DNA from: an uncultured delta proteobacterium
GTDB lineage: Bacteria; Desulfobacterota; Binatia; UBA9968
Direction of reading: 5' to 3'
NCBI GenBank assembly: GCA_963745835.1
Contig: CAVUZH010000003.1
Span: 672,001 to 736,000, forward strand
Length of the DNA stretch: 64,000 nt
Shown here piece after piece: positions 41,436 to 52,126 of this stretch. Every line of letters begins with the position of its first letter. Within the stretch, counting starts at the first letter, position 1. The notes below the pieces were generated by a model, which worked only from the letters and a program-made list of their open reading frames with translations, was not told where the DNA came from and made no database searches. Both the position numbers and the translations under genes were made by a program.

Positions 41436-42677
41436 CTAATTCAAAGCGTTCTCGATCAAGTGAGTCAGCACCTTGTCAGAGTTGAAATACTGCTCCGCGA
41501 TCATGCGCGCTGCTTTAGCATGCTTATTATAGTTGCTGTCTACCTCTCGGATGCCGGCGATTGCTTCTTCCGGAGTTCTAAAGCTAAGGATCCCTGAGCC
41601 AGTTGGCAGGATTTCTGAAAAACCCGTATCCTGAACAACAACAGGTTTTCCAGCCGCAAGATAACAAGCGGACCTACAGCTAAACCAGCCTGGTTGGCCC
41701 AAAACGTAGCCATTTTTGGCTACGCTCCAATCGGCTTTCGATGCCTGGACGTATTCGCGATAGCTGTCGATATCGCCACACATCGCCATTGCATCGACAA
41801 CACTCCAACCGACTTGCATCAAAAGGTCGAGGACCTTCCACTTAGGATTATCAATTGTAAATGTCTTAATTTTTTGAGAGAAGTCTTGATCATCAGTGTT
41901 CCAGGTGTGTAAAAGTTTCCCGATAGCAACTTCCATCGTGGTGCAACCTACTTTAGTGGGCAGGTCGAGAAATCGCTTGAATTCCGTGTCCTTTTGGCCA
42001 TATTTTTGTCCCTCATAGACCAAGGCCTCGTAACTGGTCCAACTCATAACCGTGGTAAAAACATCACGCTGCGGTGGACACAAATTCCATTCAGATAGAA
42101 CGACGGGCTGCCGTGTAGCGCGCCAGTTATAATCAAGGGCAGGTAAAAAATTCGGCAAACGCTCACCAAATGTAAAGAACACATCATGGGCATTAACACA
42201 GTTACGAAATTTCTCAGGGCCTTGGGCTATCTTGATCTGCGTGAAGACAGGATCGCTATCAATGTATGCGAGAGTGTCAGCTCCGCGGTAAAACTCGGGG
42301 TGTTCCAGAGAGCCAGATACGTTGATCAACAAATCTGCAGATTTTGTGATTTCTGTTCGTTTCGTATCTGAAAGCCCGTACCATTCTCCCTCTCCGATGG
42401 GGAACCGATAGGCCCATTTACCTTCAAACCCAAAACGGGACATCACAGTCGCGAGATGATTTACATTTTTGTGGCAGTCATAAGCCGTCCAGTCGTCGCC
42501 ACATGGACCTCCATCTAGCTTATAGGGCCATTCCCCCGAATCCTCGAAGTAATAGACATCGTGTCCGAGACGCGCGAGACCCAAAGGATATTGCAGGTAG
42601 TCCCACGTCACGCCCCCAAGCAACGGATGTTGAGCGATAAAGCCTGTCACAATTATGCGTAGGGAAGAGGCTGGCAT
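41436..42677 (-). CDS. GT-B-fold glycosyltransferase-like protein (paralog 2)
   Basis: GGVTWDYLQY, IDSDPVFTQ and GWFSCRSACYLAAGKPVVVQDTGF. Confidence 0.7.
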   Translation of the reverse strand: MPASSLRIIVTGFIAQHPLLGGVTWDYLQYPLGLARLGHDVYYFEDSGEWPYKLDGGPCGDDWTAYDCHKNVNHLATVMSRFGFEGKWAYRFPIGEGEWYGLSDTKRTEITKSADLLINVSGSLEHPEFYRGADTLAYIDSDPVFTQIKIAQGPEKFRNCVNAHDVFFTFGERLPNFLPALDYNWRATRQPVVLSEWNLCPPQRDVFTTVMSWTSYEALVYEGQKYGQKDTEFKRFLDLPTKVGCTTMEVAIGKLLHTWNTDDQDFSQKIKTFTIDNPKWKVLDLLMQVGWSVVDAMAMCGDIDSYREYVQASKADWSVAKNGYVLGQPGWFSCRSACYLAAGKPVVVQDTGFSEILPTGSGILSFRTPEEAIAGIREVDSNYNKHAKAARMIAEQYFNSDKVLTHLIENALN

Positions 42678-42791
42678 TCAGTTCAGGTCAACACTGGTTT
42701 GATTGAATAGTACTGAAGTCTCCTACTTGACAGCGCACCCACTACAATTCTGATAACACCAATGACTTCTTACGAACCTACGAGTCACAAT

Positions 42792-43932
42792 CTACGACAA
42801 CGCTTGCTCCAAGACAGCCGCGACGACATTACGCGCATCGAAATACTCCTCCGCGAGATCGCGAGCTAGCTTACATTGCTTCTCATAATCGATCACGACT
42901 CTCTCAATGTAGTGTGATGCCTCCTCTACATCGCGGAAGCGAAATAGGCCAGCAGAATTGGGAAGAAAACGGCTTCGTCCTGTATGTTGCACAACGGCTG
43001 GCTTGCCGCTAGCCAAATAGCACAGGGTTCGGTTACTAACCCAGGCATTTTCGAGTCTCAAGCAAGCGGGTTTGGCGCAGCTAAATTCACTGAAAGAGTC
43101 CTGAATGTAACCCTGATAATTCCATGGGGTTGATGCGACCGTATGAGCATCAACAACACGCCAGCCGCGGCGTTGCAGTATAAATCGCTGCTCGTCCTCT
43201 GGCCACAAATCGAGCGCCAGTTCGAGAGGCTGGCCTGTAAGACGTGGCATGTCGAGAAATGGGAGAAATCCAGTCCGTTTTTCGTCCACGTGTGCTTTTG
43301 CTTCCTCGCTTTGTAACCACGCACTCGCATACCAATGCGCCAAAGTAGTAAACGCGCCTTTGCGTGTTGCTTCACAGGATGGCCACCATTCGAGAGCCAC
43401 ACATGGAGGCGTGTAAATCCACTTCAGTCCTACATCCGGAATGCGCGTCCCTGACTGACCAACGGTCTCTCCGGTCGTAAAGTACACATCGTGCGGAGCC
43501 GTGCATACCTGTCCTTTGCTCATCCATAACTGTAATAAACCTGGGTCAATATCTACCAGGGCTGACCTCCGGAAGCGCTTTACAACCTGCAAGGGGGTGT
43601 CGTAGCGAAGTTCTAATAGGAGATCCGCCTCTGAAGCTGCATCGAGGTCAAGACAGCCTATACTGGTTAGATCTATCGGCAGAGCTTCGTCTAGTGCAGG
43701 AATAAAGAGCCACACAATTCACAAGACCATAGCGCTTAAACGACGTTTCAGGGCGGCAACATTGGTGCGTATCGCATCAGCGGAAGTGGGCCGAGTTATC
43801 GCTTCTAACCAGATTACCTGGCAGCCCAGCGCACGAAGCCCAAGGGCCCAATTCAGATACTCCCATAAATGGCCACCACCCTCTAGGATACTCCAGGGTT
43901 TTTGCTGGAGCGATACATACTGTGATGCTCAT
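42792..43932 (-). CDS. GT-B-fold glycosyltransferase-like protein (paralog 3; 5' frameshifts)
   Basis: GGGHLWEYLNWALGLRALGCQVIWLE upstream of the 42792-43715 ORF (DIDPGLLQ, CYLASGKPAVVQHTG). Confidence 0.68.
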
Positions 43933-44055
43933 GTTGCCCGGACACTAGAACGCTTATCCGCCTTGTTTTCGGACAACAGCTGTTAAACCGAGTGCACACA
44001 TTTTTAAACTCTGCGAAGTGAAAATCTGGCAGTTAGCTAGGATCCAAATTTCTTC

Positions 44056-45865
44056 TCACGATAATGAGTAGAGTTTCGCCTCCACAACATCGGATGTGTC
44101 CGCTAGCGCTCTTGCCACATCGGACCGGATAGATGCAACTCGGCCCTTGCTCAATCCCGAGTACCAAGTCGCAGTGTTTCAAGGTCGACAGTCGATGAGC
44201 GATGATGAAGACAGTGCGGCCGACGCTGAGACGCTCCATAACCTCGATAATTTCTCTTTCTGTTTTTATATCGATGGAGCTCGTCGGCTCATCCAAAATG
44301 AGAATGGGAGCATTTTTCAGAAAAGCTCGTGCGAGCGCAATTCGCTGGCGCTGCCCGCCGGACAATTGCATGCCACGCTCACCCACCATCGTGTTATAGC
44401 CATCCGGAAGACGGATTATAAATTCATGCGCATGAGCCGCCTTTGCGGCCTCAACGATTTCATGTTCCGAGGCACCGGGCCGCGCATACGCAATGTTCTC
44501 TCCGATGCTGGTCGAAAAAAGTATAGATTCCTGAAGGACGATTCCGAACTGGTTGCGGAGATCCGCTAGCTTGTAATCCCGAAGATTAATACCGTCGAGG
44601 AGGATTTGGCCGTGAGTCGGGTCGTGAAATCTGGTCATTAGACTGACGAGCGTTGATTTTCCCCCACCTGTCATACCCATAATACCTACTCGAGTCCCAG
44701 GCTTAATTTCGAACGAGATGCCACTCAATACGGGGTTATCCCCGTTGTATGCAAAGCAAACATCCCGGAAGGTTATCTCCCCGCTCGCACGCGATAGAGG
44801 CACCGCATTTTTTCTTTCAATGACATCGGGCTCTTCATCTAAAAGCGCGAAAGCGCGCTCAGTGCTGGCGAGGGAGCGCTGTGCATTTGCCGTCATTTCG
44901 CTCAGTGATGCCAATGGTCCGAATAGCTGTGTCAGGTAAGACATTACGAGTAGTAGATCACCGAGAGTTAAACTTCCTGCTTGAACATGCCGCACGCCCA
45001 GGAATAAGACTCCGGCTGTTCCGGCTGCCGTCGTGATGGCAATCAGAAACTCAAACCCGCCTTCCGACCAAGCAGCCCGAATGCGGGCTAGAAAGCTTTC
45101 GCTGGAATGACGAACAAATCGTTCTTGTTCCCGCTCTTCCTGGCCAAAGGCCTTCACCACGCGCAGCGAGCTTAGTGCTTCCTGCACTACTGAAAAAGCC
45201 GAACTGTCCAACTGCCAAATCTGCCCCCATTGGTTGCGGAGCCGCGGATTAAAGGTTCGCGCGGCTATGTAGAGGATGGGTGAGATGGCCATTGCAACAA
45301 CCGCTAACTGCCAATCGAGAATGACGATGATGTAAATCATTCCGAAGACAGTCAATCCGGTAGCTATCGACGGTATAACTCCATCAATGGCTAGCCACTG
45401 AATCCCAGGAGCGCAATATTGGATGCGGTATGTGGAATCCGCAGTTCCTTTACTATCATGATAGGAAACCGAAAGTCGCTGGACATGTCGAAAGAGTCTG
45501 GTTCGGAACGCCAAAGTTAGCTTTTCGCCTGTATAGGTGGACAACCATGAACTTGCGAGTCGTTGGAGTCCACTAAGAAGGGCAACGGTTACAGTTAGAA
45601 TGATGACGAATATGAGGATGGCGTCGCTTGAATGGGCCAGCGCATCGGGGACCATCCGTTGAAAAAGCGATGGCAGAGGATGGGATCCCATAATGCTGTC
45701 AACTGCTATTTTCAGCGGCAAGGGAGTTAATAGGGCGAGAGGTGTTGATATCAAAGTTATCAACAGAATCCCCGCCAGATGGAAGAAATAGGGCCTGATT
45801 TCAAAGAATAGCCGACGGTAAAGCTTAGAATGATTGTGTTTCTTTTTGTCTGTCATAAATGGCAT
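44056..45865 (-). CDS. ABC exporter permease/ATPase (MsbA/NdvA-like)
   Basis: TM domain, GMTGGGKS, LSGGQRQRIALAR, LDEPTS and IAHRLST; probable indel near the C-terminus. Confidence 0.92.
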
Positions 45866-48468
45866 CCGACCATTGGAAGGTGCGAAGAACTGCGGCCACG
45901 GCGCTGCCGCAATTACGCAGACTGTATATCGTAAAAAAAAGGCTCAACAGAGCGAGGATGGCAGAAGCCACCCATACGTGATCAAGCATTGCTGCCGCGG
46001 TAAGAGAAGCGAATAAAGCGATGGGAAGAAGCCCTAACAATGACCACTTAGGCCAGACTCGGAGTCGGACAAATTGATTGCCGGCTCCATGATCTTCGAC
46101 CGCCATCAGTAAGCGCGCAGAACCTGATACGCCAGTGCGCACTTCCAAATCCCATCGATCGTAATCTCCACCCCTGCGCACGTAAACGCCCGGCTTGCGT
46201 AGATCCGCTTCGAAAGATTTCAATCTTTCATTGGGATCGCGCCAATGCTCCGTCCAAACGGCGAATTTCCGTGGCCAAGGTAGCGCAAAGCCGGATGCGT
46301 TATATCTCCAGAAAGTGAGCCCGGAGCGCAGGCGCCCGGTAAGCCGCGCCAAAGGCTGGAGTAAGTGCAGCAAGGCAGTGACGCCGCGCAGTTTAACCAA
46401 CTCCAAGCGCGACCTTCGTGATGCTGGAAAACTAACTCGTAATGAGCTCAATACGGCCTGACAAATCGGCGCATAAAGTGCCAGGAGCAAGAAAGGCAGA
46501 GCGTAGAACAATGGAGACCAAAGGAAACCAAGTGCGCAGATCGGCGCAAGTGCCGCGACGGCCAAGTACCATTCGGGGATCGGATAGCCAAGATTCCAAT
46601 GCCCCGGCAGGTGATTGGTAGATAGACTGGAAAGGCGCGCTCCCCCATACACCGTGATAAATGCTTCCCCGGCTCCAAGCTTTGTATTGATGACCATTTC
46701 CGTAAACGCGTCCTGCCCATGTGACGTGGCCCGCAAGATTATATTTTTCTGGCCATTTTTTCTCGAGAAAAGATTCTGCTTTGCCGTAATTGAACTGTTG
46801 CTTCCAGTACGCCCGAATTGAATTACGACGGTGGTGCCACACCATTGCTCCCGGGCTGTATCCGAGAGTCCACCCGTGTTGCTGCAGCCGCCAGCATACA
46901 TCGACGTCATCACCGGCGATGCAAAATTGCGGATCGAATCCGCCTATGGCTGCCAGCGCGGATTTACGAAAGGCCATATTGCAACCGGGAATATGTTCCG
47001 CCTCACTGTCAGACAACAGAATGTGAACTGGATTGCCGGGAGAGTGGGCGACGCACTCAGCAATGAGGCCATCGTCAGGAGGCGCAATGTTGGGGCCGCC
47101 AACTCCAACATGCTGCGTATTCATGAACGTGCTCGCAAGGTATCTTAGCCAGTGCGGATCAGCGTGCGCGTCGTCGTCGATGTAAGCGACAATTTCCCCA
47201 GTCGCCGCGTTGAGTCCAGTATTGCGAGCGGAAGAAAGCCCTCGGTTTTCTGTCGTTATGACGCGAAAGCCGTAGTTACTGGCGATTTTCGCAGTGGTGT
47301 CAGTTGAGCCATCATTGACTACGATCACCTCGTAATTAGGGTAGTCAAGTCTCAGCAAACTCTCCAGGCACTTCGAGAGAGTGCGGCTGCCGTTGAACGT
47401 GCAGACGATGACTGAGGTCTTGGGCCAAGGTAATTCTTTAGCGAAGGGAACTTTTGTAAACGCTTCTCGAACACTTGTGAGCGCGGGCTTTGGACGACGA
47501 TCTCGAGCGGTGATGCCGAATGCCCAATCTTCGACTTCGGCACCGGCTCTGTGCCACTCATCAGTCCAAGAAAATATAAAAGCGCCTGCGCAACCAGGTG
47601 CGAACGTAGTCCGGAGTTGCCATTCGAGCGCTTGCGCCTGAGTTGTCTCGCCATTCCTGAGGCTGTCGAGTCCGATCTCGCTCATCAGTAAAGGGCGATC
47701 CCCGGCGATATTATGAAGCCGTGCCAAGTACGCCTGGAGGCGGTCTTGGGATTCAAGATAAACATTGAACGTCACAAGATCTAGGAAAGGAAGATTAAGA
47801 TATTCGGTAGTGGGGTAATTTACGTAAGTGACGAGGCCGCTCGGGTCTTCTGTTTTCACCGCCCAGTACAGACGCTCGAGGTAACTCTCAACTCGCCCGC
47901 GGCCCAGCCACCGGACAACAGGTGCTGCGATCTCATTCCCAAGCGCATAACAAAGAAGCGCAGGGTGTCCTGCACAGGAACGCGCTTTGGCGCGCACCAA
48001 TTCTTCAACGTCAGGAGCACCTTTTCTGTCAATCAAAAAGCCCGCATACTGTTCTGCAGATAACCCGACCATCACTCGGAGGCCGTGTTTTTGAGCGGTG
48101 TCGAGAAGCTCCCGCGGCGGCATTGTATGTGGAATACGGACTGCATTAATTCCGTTCGCGGCCATCAGAGAAAAGTCTCTCTCCAAAACTGTTGGGTCGT
48201 GATATTCTCGACCCTTTGGATCCGGTCTGAATGCCCCGTAGGTAACGCCTCGGACCCAAAATTTATCATTGCCGACAAATAAAAATTTACCACCCACTCG
48301 TGGCCGCTGAAGCTTGCCATTTAAGGCCGGCGAGAGACTCTCGTAGTGAAATTCTTTTTTTGAGAAAAAGCTTTCATCATTGTTGAAGCAAAACCGTCCT
48401 CGCGCCGTAATCTTCTCCGACTCGGTTAACGGCGTGGAATGTGGATCACCGATGGATGGCATCGACAC
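45825..48468 (-). CDS. Clan GH-A TIM-barrel / GT2 glycosyltransferase / membrane-domain fusion (frameshift near 46585)
   Basis: GVTYG, GNEI, SEIG and FSWTDEW; then VVNDGS, IDDDA, GCNMAFR, GDDVD and KQQFNY; TM tail in the 45825-46913 ORF. Confidence 0.85.
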
Positions 48469-48602
48469 ACGTCCCAGAGGCGCACGACAGGGTTTGATAA
48501 AACTTCTGCAATCGCATGTTCACTGCTTGCTCCTCTTTTAGAATAAAACGAAAGTCTGGGACGAGTCCCATAGAGTCATCCCGTGGAATTCTTGCGGAAA
48601 AT

Positions 48603-48618
48603 CGCAACAACAATGCCA
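48603..48618 (-). promoter_or_regulatory. Sigma-54 (-24/-12) promoter of cluster A
   Basis: Minus strand TGGCATTGTTGTTGCG = GG-N10-GC, about 70 nt upstream of a GAGGAG RBS. Confidence 0.7.
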
Positions 48619-48949
48619 TCCAAAACCTAAAATTATTCCATTGATTTACAGTTTGCTTATTCGCAACGGTGTACCGTAGAAAGTCGAATTTGCCTGTAAT
48701 AGCGTCACTTCACTGCAGGGTATATCCTGCACCAAGATGATAAAATCTTTTCGGCAAGACTTATTCCGGCCGGATTCTGCCGACGGCTAACGGTTTCTGT
48801 GTCTCATAGACGAGAAAACGTTTTGAAAAAAACTCCGCAGCTTTTTTAAGGTTCAGAAGCGCATCGCAAGCAAAGTGATAAGAAGCGAATTCAGCACGAG
48901 GCGCTCACGAAATTTGAACCGGAATCGTTGAACAAAGCCAACCAGGTCT

Positions 48950-49570
48950 CGCCTCGGCATGGCACGATTCGGCGGCTCCTCCCATATTTCAGCTTTGATT
49001 GCTCTGGACCACCTGGACCTGGATCCAAAGCGGGACAGGATCATACTGATGCAAACCGGCCTGGACCCAGAACGGATGGCGGCGCTGGAGCAAAGGGGGC
49101 TCGATGCCGCGATGCTGCAGCGGCTTGCTACCAAAACGATGATTGGCAAGGGCTATACCCAACTGTTAAATCTCAATCAGGCGAAGATTCCGTACCAGAA
49201 TACGGTGCTGGCCTCGCGCAGAGATCAGATGGCGGCAAATCCGAAACTCTATGACAGCTTCATTCGCGCCGTAGTCGAAGGTTACGCTTACGTGTTTAAC
49301 AAAGAAAACAAGCAATCGGTTAAGGAGGTTCTGGCGAGAAATCTTAGATTGCCCAACCCGGACGCGGCCGAAGATTTCTACGCAGAGGCCCTTGAGGAAC
49401 TCGATCGCAAACCTTATCCGACGGTCGAAGGAACCCAAACTGTGATCAAATACGTTGCGGAGCAAAATCCGAAAGTGGCCTCAGTCAAAGCTGAGCGGAT
49501 CGTCGATTCCAGCTGGCTAAAAAAACTCGACGACGAGGGATTCTTCGATAAGGTGTATAAGAGCAAATAG
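48950..49570 (+). repeat. 621-bp direct repeat, right copy (5'-truncated binding-protein gene fragment)
   Basis: Copy of 25258-25878; lacks the signal peptide and N-terminal portion. Confidence 0.97.
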
Positions 49571-49620
49571 GGCAGCAGCATGAACATCGCGGATGAGGGA
49601 AAGTGCCCGTTAAGACGCGT

Positions 49621-50415
49621 TCATCGGCCGCTCGCGGGATTAGTCGCGGAGTTACTGTCAGGTATGCCGCGCGTCACGAAGTCAGCCATTGCGCGGCCGA
49701 TGCAGTCGTAAAGCTTCACGGCGAGCTGGCGGCGCTTCGTATCCTCTTTGACCCGCAGATCGAGCACACCGCTCTCGGCCCAATAGCGCATAATGCCACG
49801 GCGGCGGAACAGCGGGGTCTCAGTGGCGTCCGCCACTTGGCGAAGGGCAATGAGATAGGGTTCGAAGTGAATCATCGCCTCCGTCTCACGTGAGAACTGC
49901 ATATTCATCAACACTACCTCGACTCCGGCGGCACGCAGTTCGTCGATTCCGGTCCGCACCGTCTCGCGCAATGTGTCGACGTCGGATCCGCGAACTGCCT
50001 CCATCGTGCCGGTCTCCCAGATCACAAGGTTGGGTTTCAGGGGTAGAATATCGCGGTCCAGGCGCTCTAGAACCTGCTTTGCGGTTTGTCGCGCGGCGGC
50101 GCGGTTGACAACCTTGATGCGCGCAGATGGAAACTTATCGGTAAGCACCGAACCAAGGCGCGCGGGCCAGGCGAGAGCGTTCGCCCCGGCCGCAAGTCCG
50201 AGAGTTGAGGACCCGCCAAGCGCGACAATAACCACCTCCCGACCGTTGGCGAGCGCTTTGGCCGTCTTTGTCAGCGGCGGCTCAAATTCGTAGAAACGCT
50301 CGGGCATAGGGCACTCGTGGGCCTGGTCGGAGGAACCAACCGGTGCGGGTACAAACCCGATGCCCGCCGCGGTAACCAAGACAAAAAGTTGTCGGACAAA
50401 GGCACCAGTTGTCAT
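49621..50415 (-). CDS. SGNH/GDSL hydrolase-family periplasmic protein
   Basis: ALGGSSTLG, VVNRA and LVIWETGT; signal peptide; ATGA overlap with opgC. Confidence 0.8.
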   Translation of the reverse strand: MTTGAFVRQLFVLVTAAGIGFVPAPVGSSDQAHECPMPERFYEFEPPLTKTAKALANGREVVIVALGGSSTLGLAAGANALAWPARLGSVLTDKFPSARIKVVNRAAARQTAKQVLERLDRDILPLKPNLVIWETGTMEAVRGSDVDTLRETVRTGIDELRAAGVEVVLMNMQFSRETEAMIHFEPYLIALRQVADATETPLFRRRGIMRYWAESGVLDLRVKEDTKRRQLAVKLYDCIGRAMADFVTRGIPDSNSATNPASGR

Positions 50416-51734
50416 CGTCTCGCTCCTCTTCCCGCCATCGGTGCACCAATTGGACCGCCTGATGTGCGCTGTGCGGTATCGAACCACTCCATGAACATAC
50501 CAACGCCGATCATGATCGCGATGCCGGCCGCGGATACCGCAAACTGCATGAGAATACCGCCGAAGAATTCGTTGAGCACCAGTTGCCCAAGCACTGAAAG
50601 CAGGATGCCAAGGCAGAAGATGTGCAGGGAGTTGCGCCCGCTGATAACGAAAGGCCGCGCGGCGCGACTAGCCAAAAACCACGCCTGCGGATGGATCACG
50701 CGTGAGACGAGAAGCGCGAGGGCGAGTACATTGGCGAAACGGAGGGATCCCAGATCTCCCTTGCTCAAGAACGGCCACAAAAGCTCGCCGCTGGCGGAAA
50801 CCGGAATCGGATCGTAAAATTCGTGCAGCGTCCAGCTAAACCGGATTAGGAATCCGGCCAGCGAGAGGCCTGCCGCGAGGTAGAACAACCAGCGACGGTT
50901 AAGCCAGGAAAGTCCACCGTGGCTGGCGCGCCAGCCGAACCAGGCCCCCAAGAAAAACAGCGCCTGCCACGCGAATGGGTTAAAGAACCAATATTGGTCC
51001 GGCCCGGGATACGCCGGTAGCGCAATCCGTTTATCGATCTGAACCGCGAGCCAAATCGCCATGGAGGCGAAAACCACTACGCCGGGCCAAGATCGATACC
51101 CGGCCACCACGAACGGGAGGATCGCCAACAGCACGATATAGAGTGGCAGGATGTCCATGAACGCCGGCTGGAACTGTAGCGTTAGCGCCTTTACCACGGC
51201 TAAGCCCGGTTCGTTGAGGAAATTGGCGGCGCCAAATTCCTCGGCGTAAAGCGAGGTGTTGAGGGCTCCGGCGGTGTACGCCATTGTCGCCATGAATATC
51301 ATGAACAGAAAGACGTGAGCGACGTAGAGCTGCCATACTCGGTGGTAGATGCGGACCGCGGCTATCACAAAGCCCTGGCGCTCCATGGCGCGACCGTACA
51401 CCATGCCTGCGGTGTAGCCGGAAATGAAGATGAACACTTCGGCCGCATCGGCGAACATTAGCGATTGGAGCGTAAACTTCGCCAGGATGTTATTCGGGAT
51501 ATGATCGATGAATATGCAAAAAAGGGCGAGGCCGCGAAAAAAATCAAGCCGGAGGTCGCGTACCATGGCCGGAGGGTTCGCACTGCTCATAATCTCTCTA
51601 CGGTCACTCTCTTCGTTGGCCACTGACACGGCTGCCGGTCTGCCTTGGTGTGTGACGAGATTCTGGTCCTGTCGAAGGCCGCCTACCCACTCTTTCAAAT
51701 TCTTCTGTAAATCACGGGCGGTGACAGTTTTCAT
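50412..51734 (-). CDS. opgC: OpgC-domain glucan acyltransferase, preceded in frame by a Phd/YefM-like segment
   Basis: RDLRLDFFRGLAL..IFIDH, DAAEVFIFISG, DILPLY and FNPFAWQ; alternative starts at 51590 or 51566. Confidence 0.82.
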   Translation of the reverse strand: MKTVTARDLQKNLKEWVGGLRQDQNLVTHQGRPAAVSVANEESDRREIMSSANPPAMVRDLRLDFFRGLALFCIFIDHIPNNILAKFTLQSLMFADAAEVFIFISGYTAGMVYGRAMERQGFVIAAVRIYHRVWQLYVAHVFLFMIFMATMAYTAGALNTSLYAEEFGAANFLNEPGLAVVKALTLQFQPAFMDILPLYIVLLAILPFVVAGYRSWPGVVVFASMAIWLAVQIDKRIALPAYPGPDQYWFFNPFAWQALFFLGAWFGWRASHGGLSWLNRRWLFYLAAGLSLAGFLIRFSWTLHEFYDPIPVSASGELLWPFLSKGDLGSLRFANVLALALLVSRVIHPQAWFLASRAARPFVISGRNSLHIFCLGILLSVLGQLVLNEFFGGILMQFAVSAAGIAIMIGVGMFMEWFDTAQRTSGGPIGAPMAGRGARR

Positions 51735-52126
51735 AAAATATCTTCCGTGCTCTTTCAAATAACGAAAGCAACGGGAGATCGACGCCCCTACTAAGGCGGT
51801 AACTCGGTCCCCCTCTTCACGCCACACTTGCGCTTGATGGGAGCTCCGGCAGCCATGCGTGCCGAGCATATACTCGGCTCTGCGGTCCGGTTTCCGATCT
51901 ACTATGGCGTTGAGCGGTGTCATCAGCGATAATCAGCGATCGATCGAGTTCGAGCCGATCTTCACGATTCCGTTTCATCGAGTCCGTTCACGATCCGGTA
52001 GCTCACAAGTCATCCTCGTCGAGCAGAATCGGCTATATCATACCCAGCTTTAGGCTACTACTTACTATTGTCATATCCAAAAGAGAACTGTCGATGTACG
52101 TCACTGTGAGATAACTGCGTGATGCT

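Larger units (their letters stand above)
25879..48949. mobile_element. ~23 kb accessory segment/genomic island bounded by 621-bp direct repeats
   Basis: Flanking repeats, accessory content (DndB-like gene, vapC relic, glycan cluster) and visibly more AT-rich 32-48 kb; no integrase seen. Confidence 0.6.

Noticed and set aside
25879-48949. Prophage, ICE or IS-bounded transposon
   Set aside because: No integrase, transposase, relaxase or phage genes recognised; the flanking repeats are host coding sequence.
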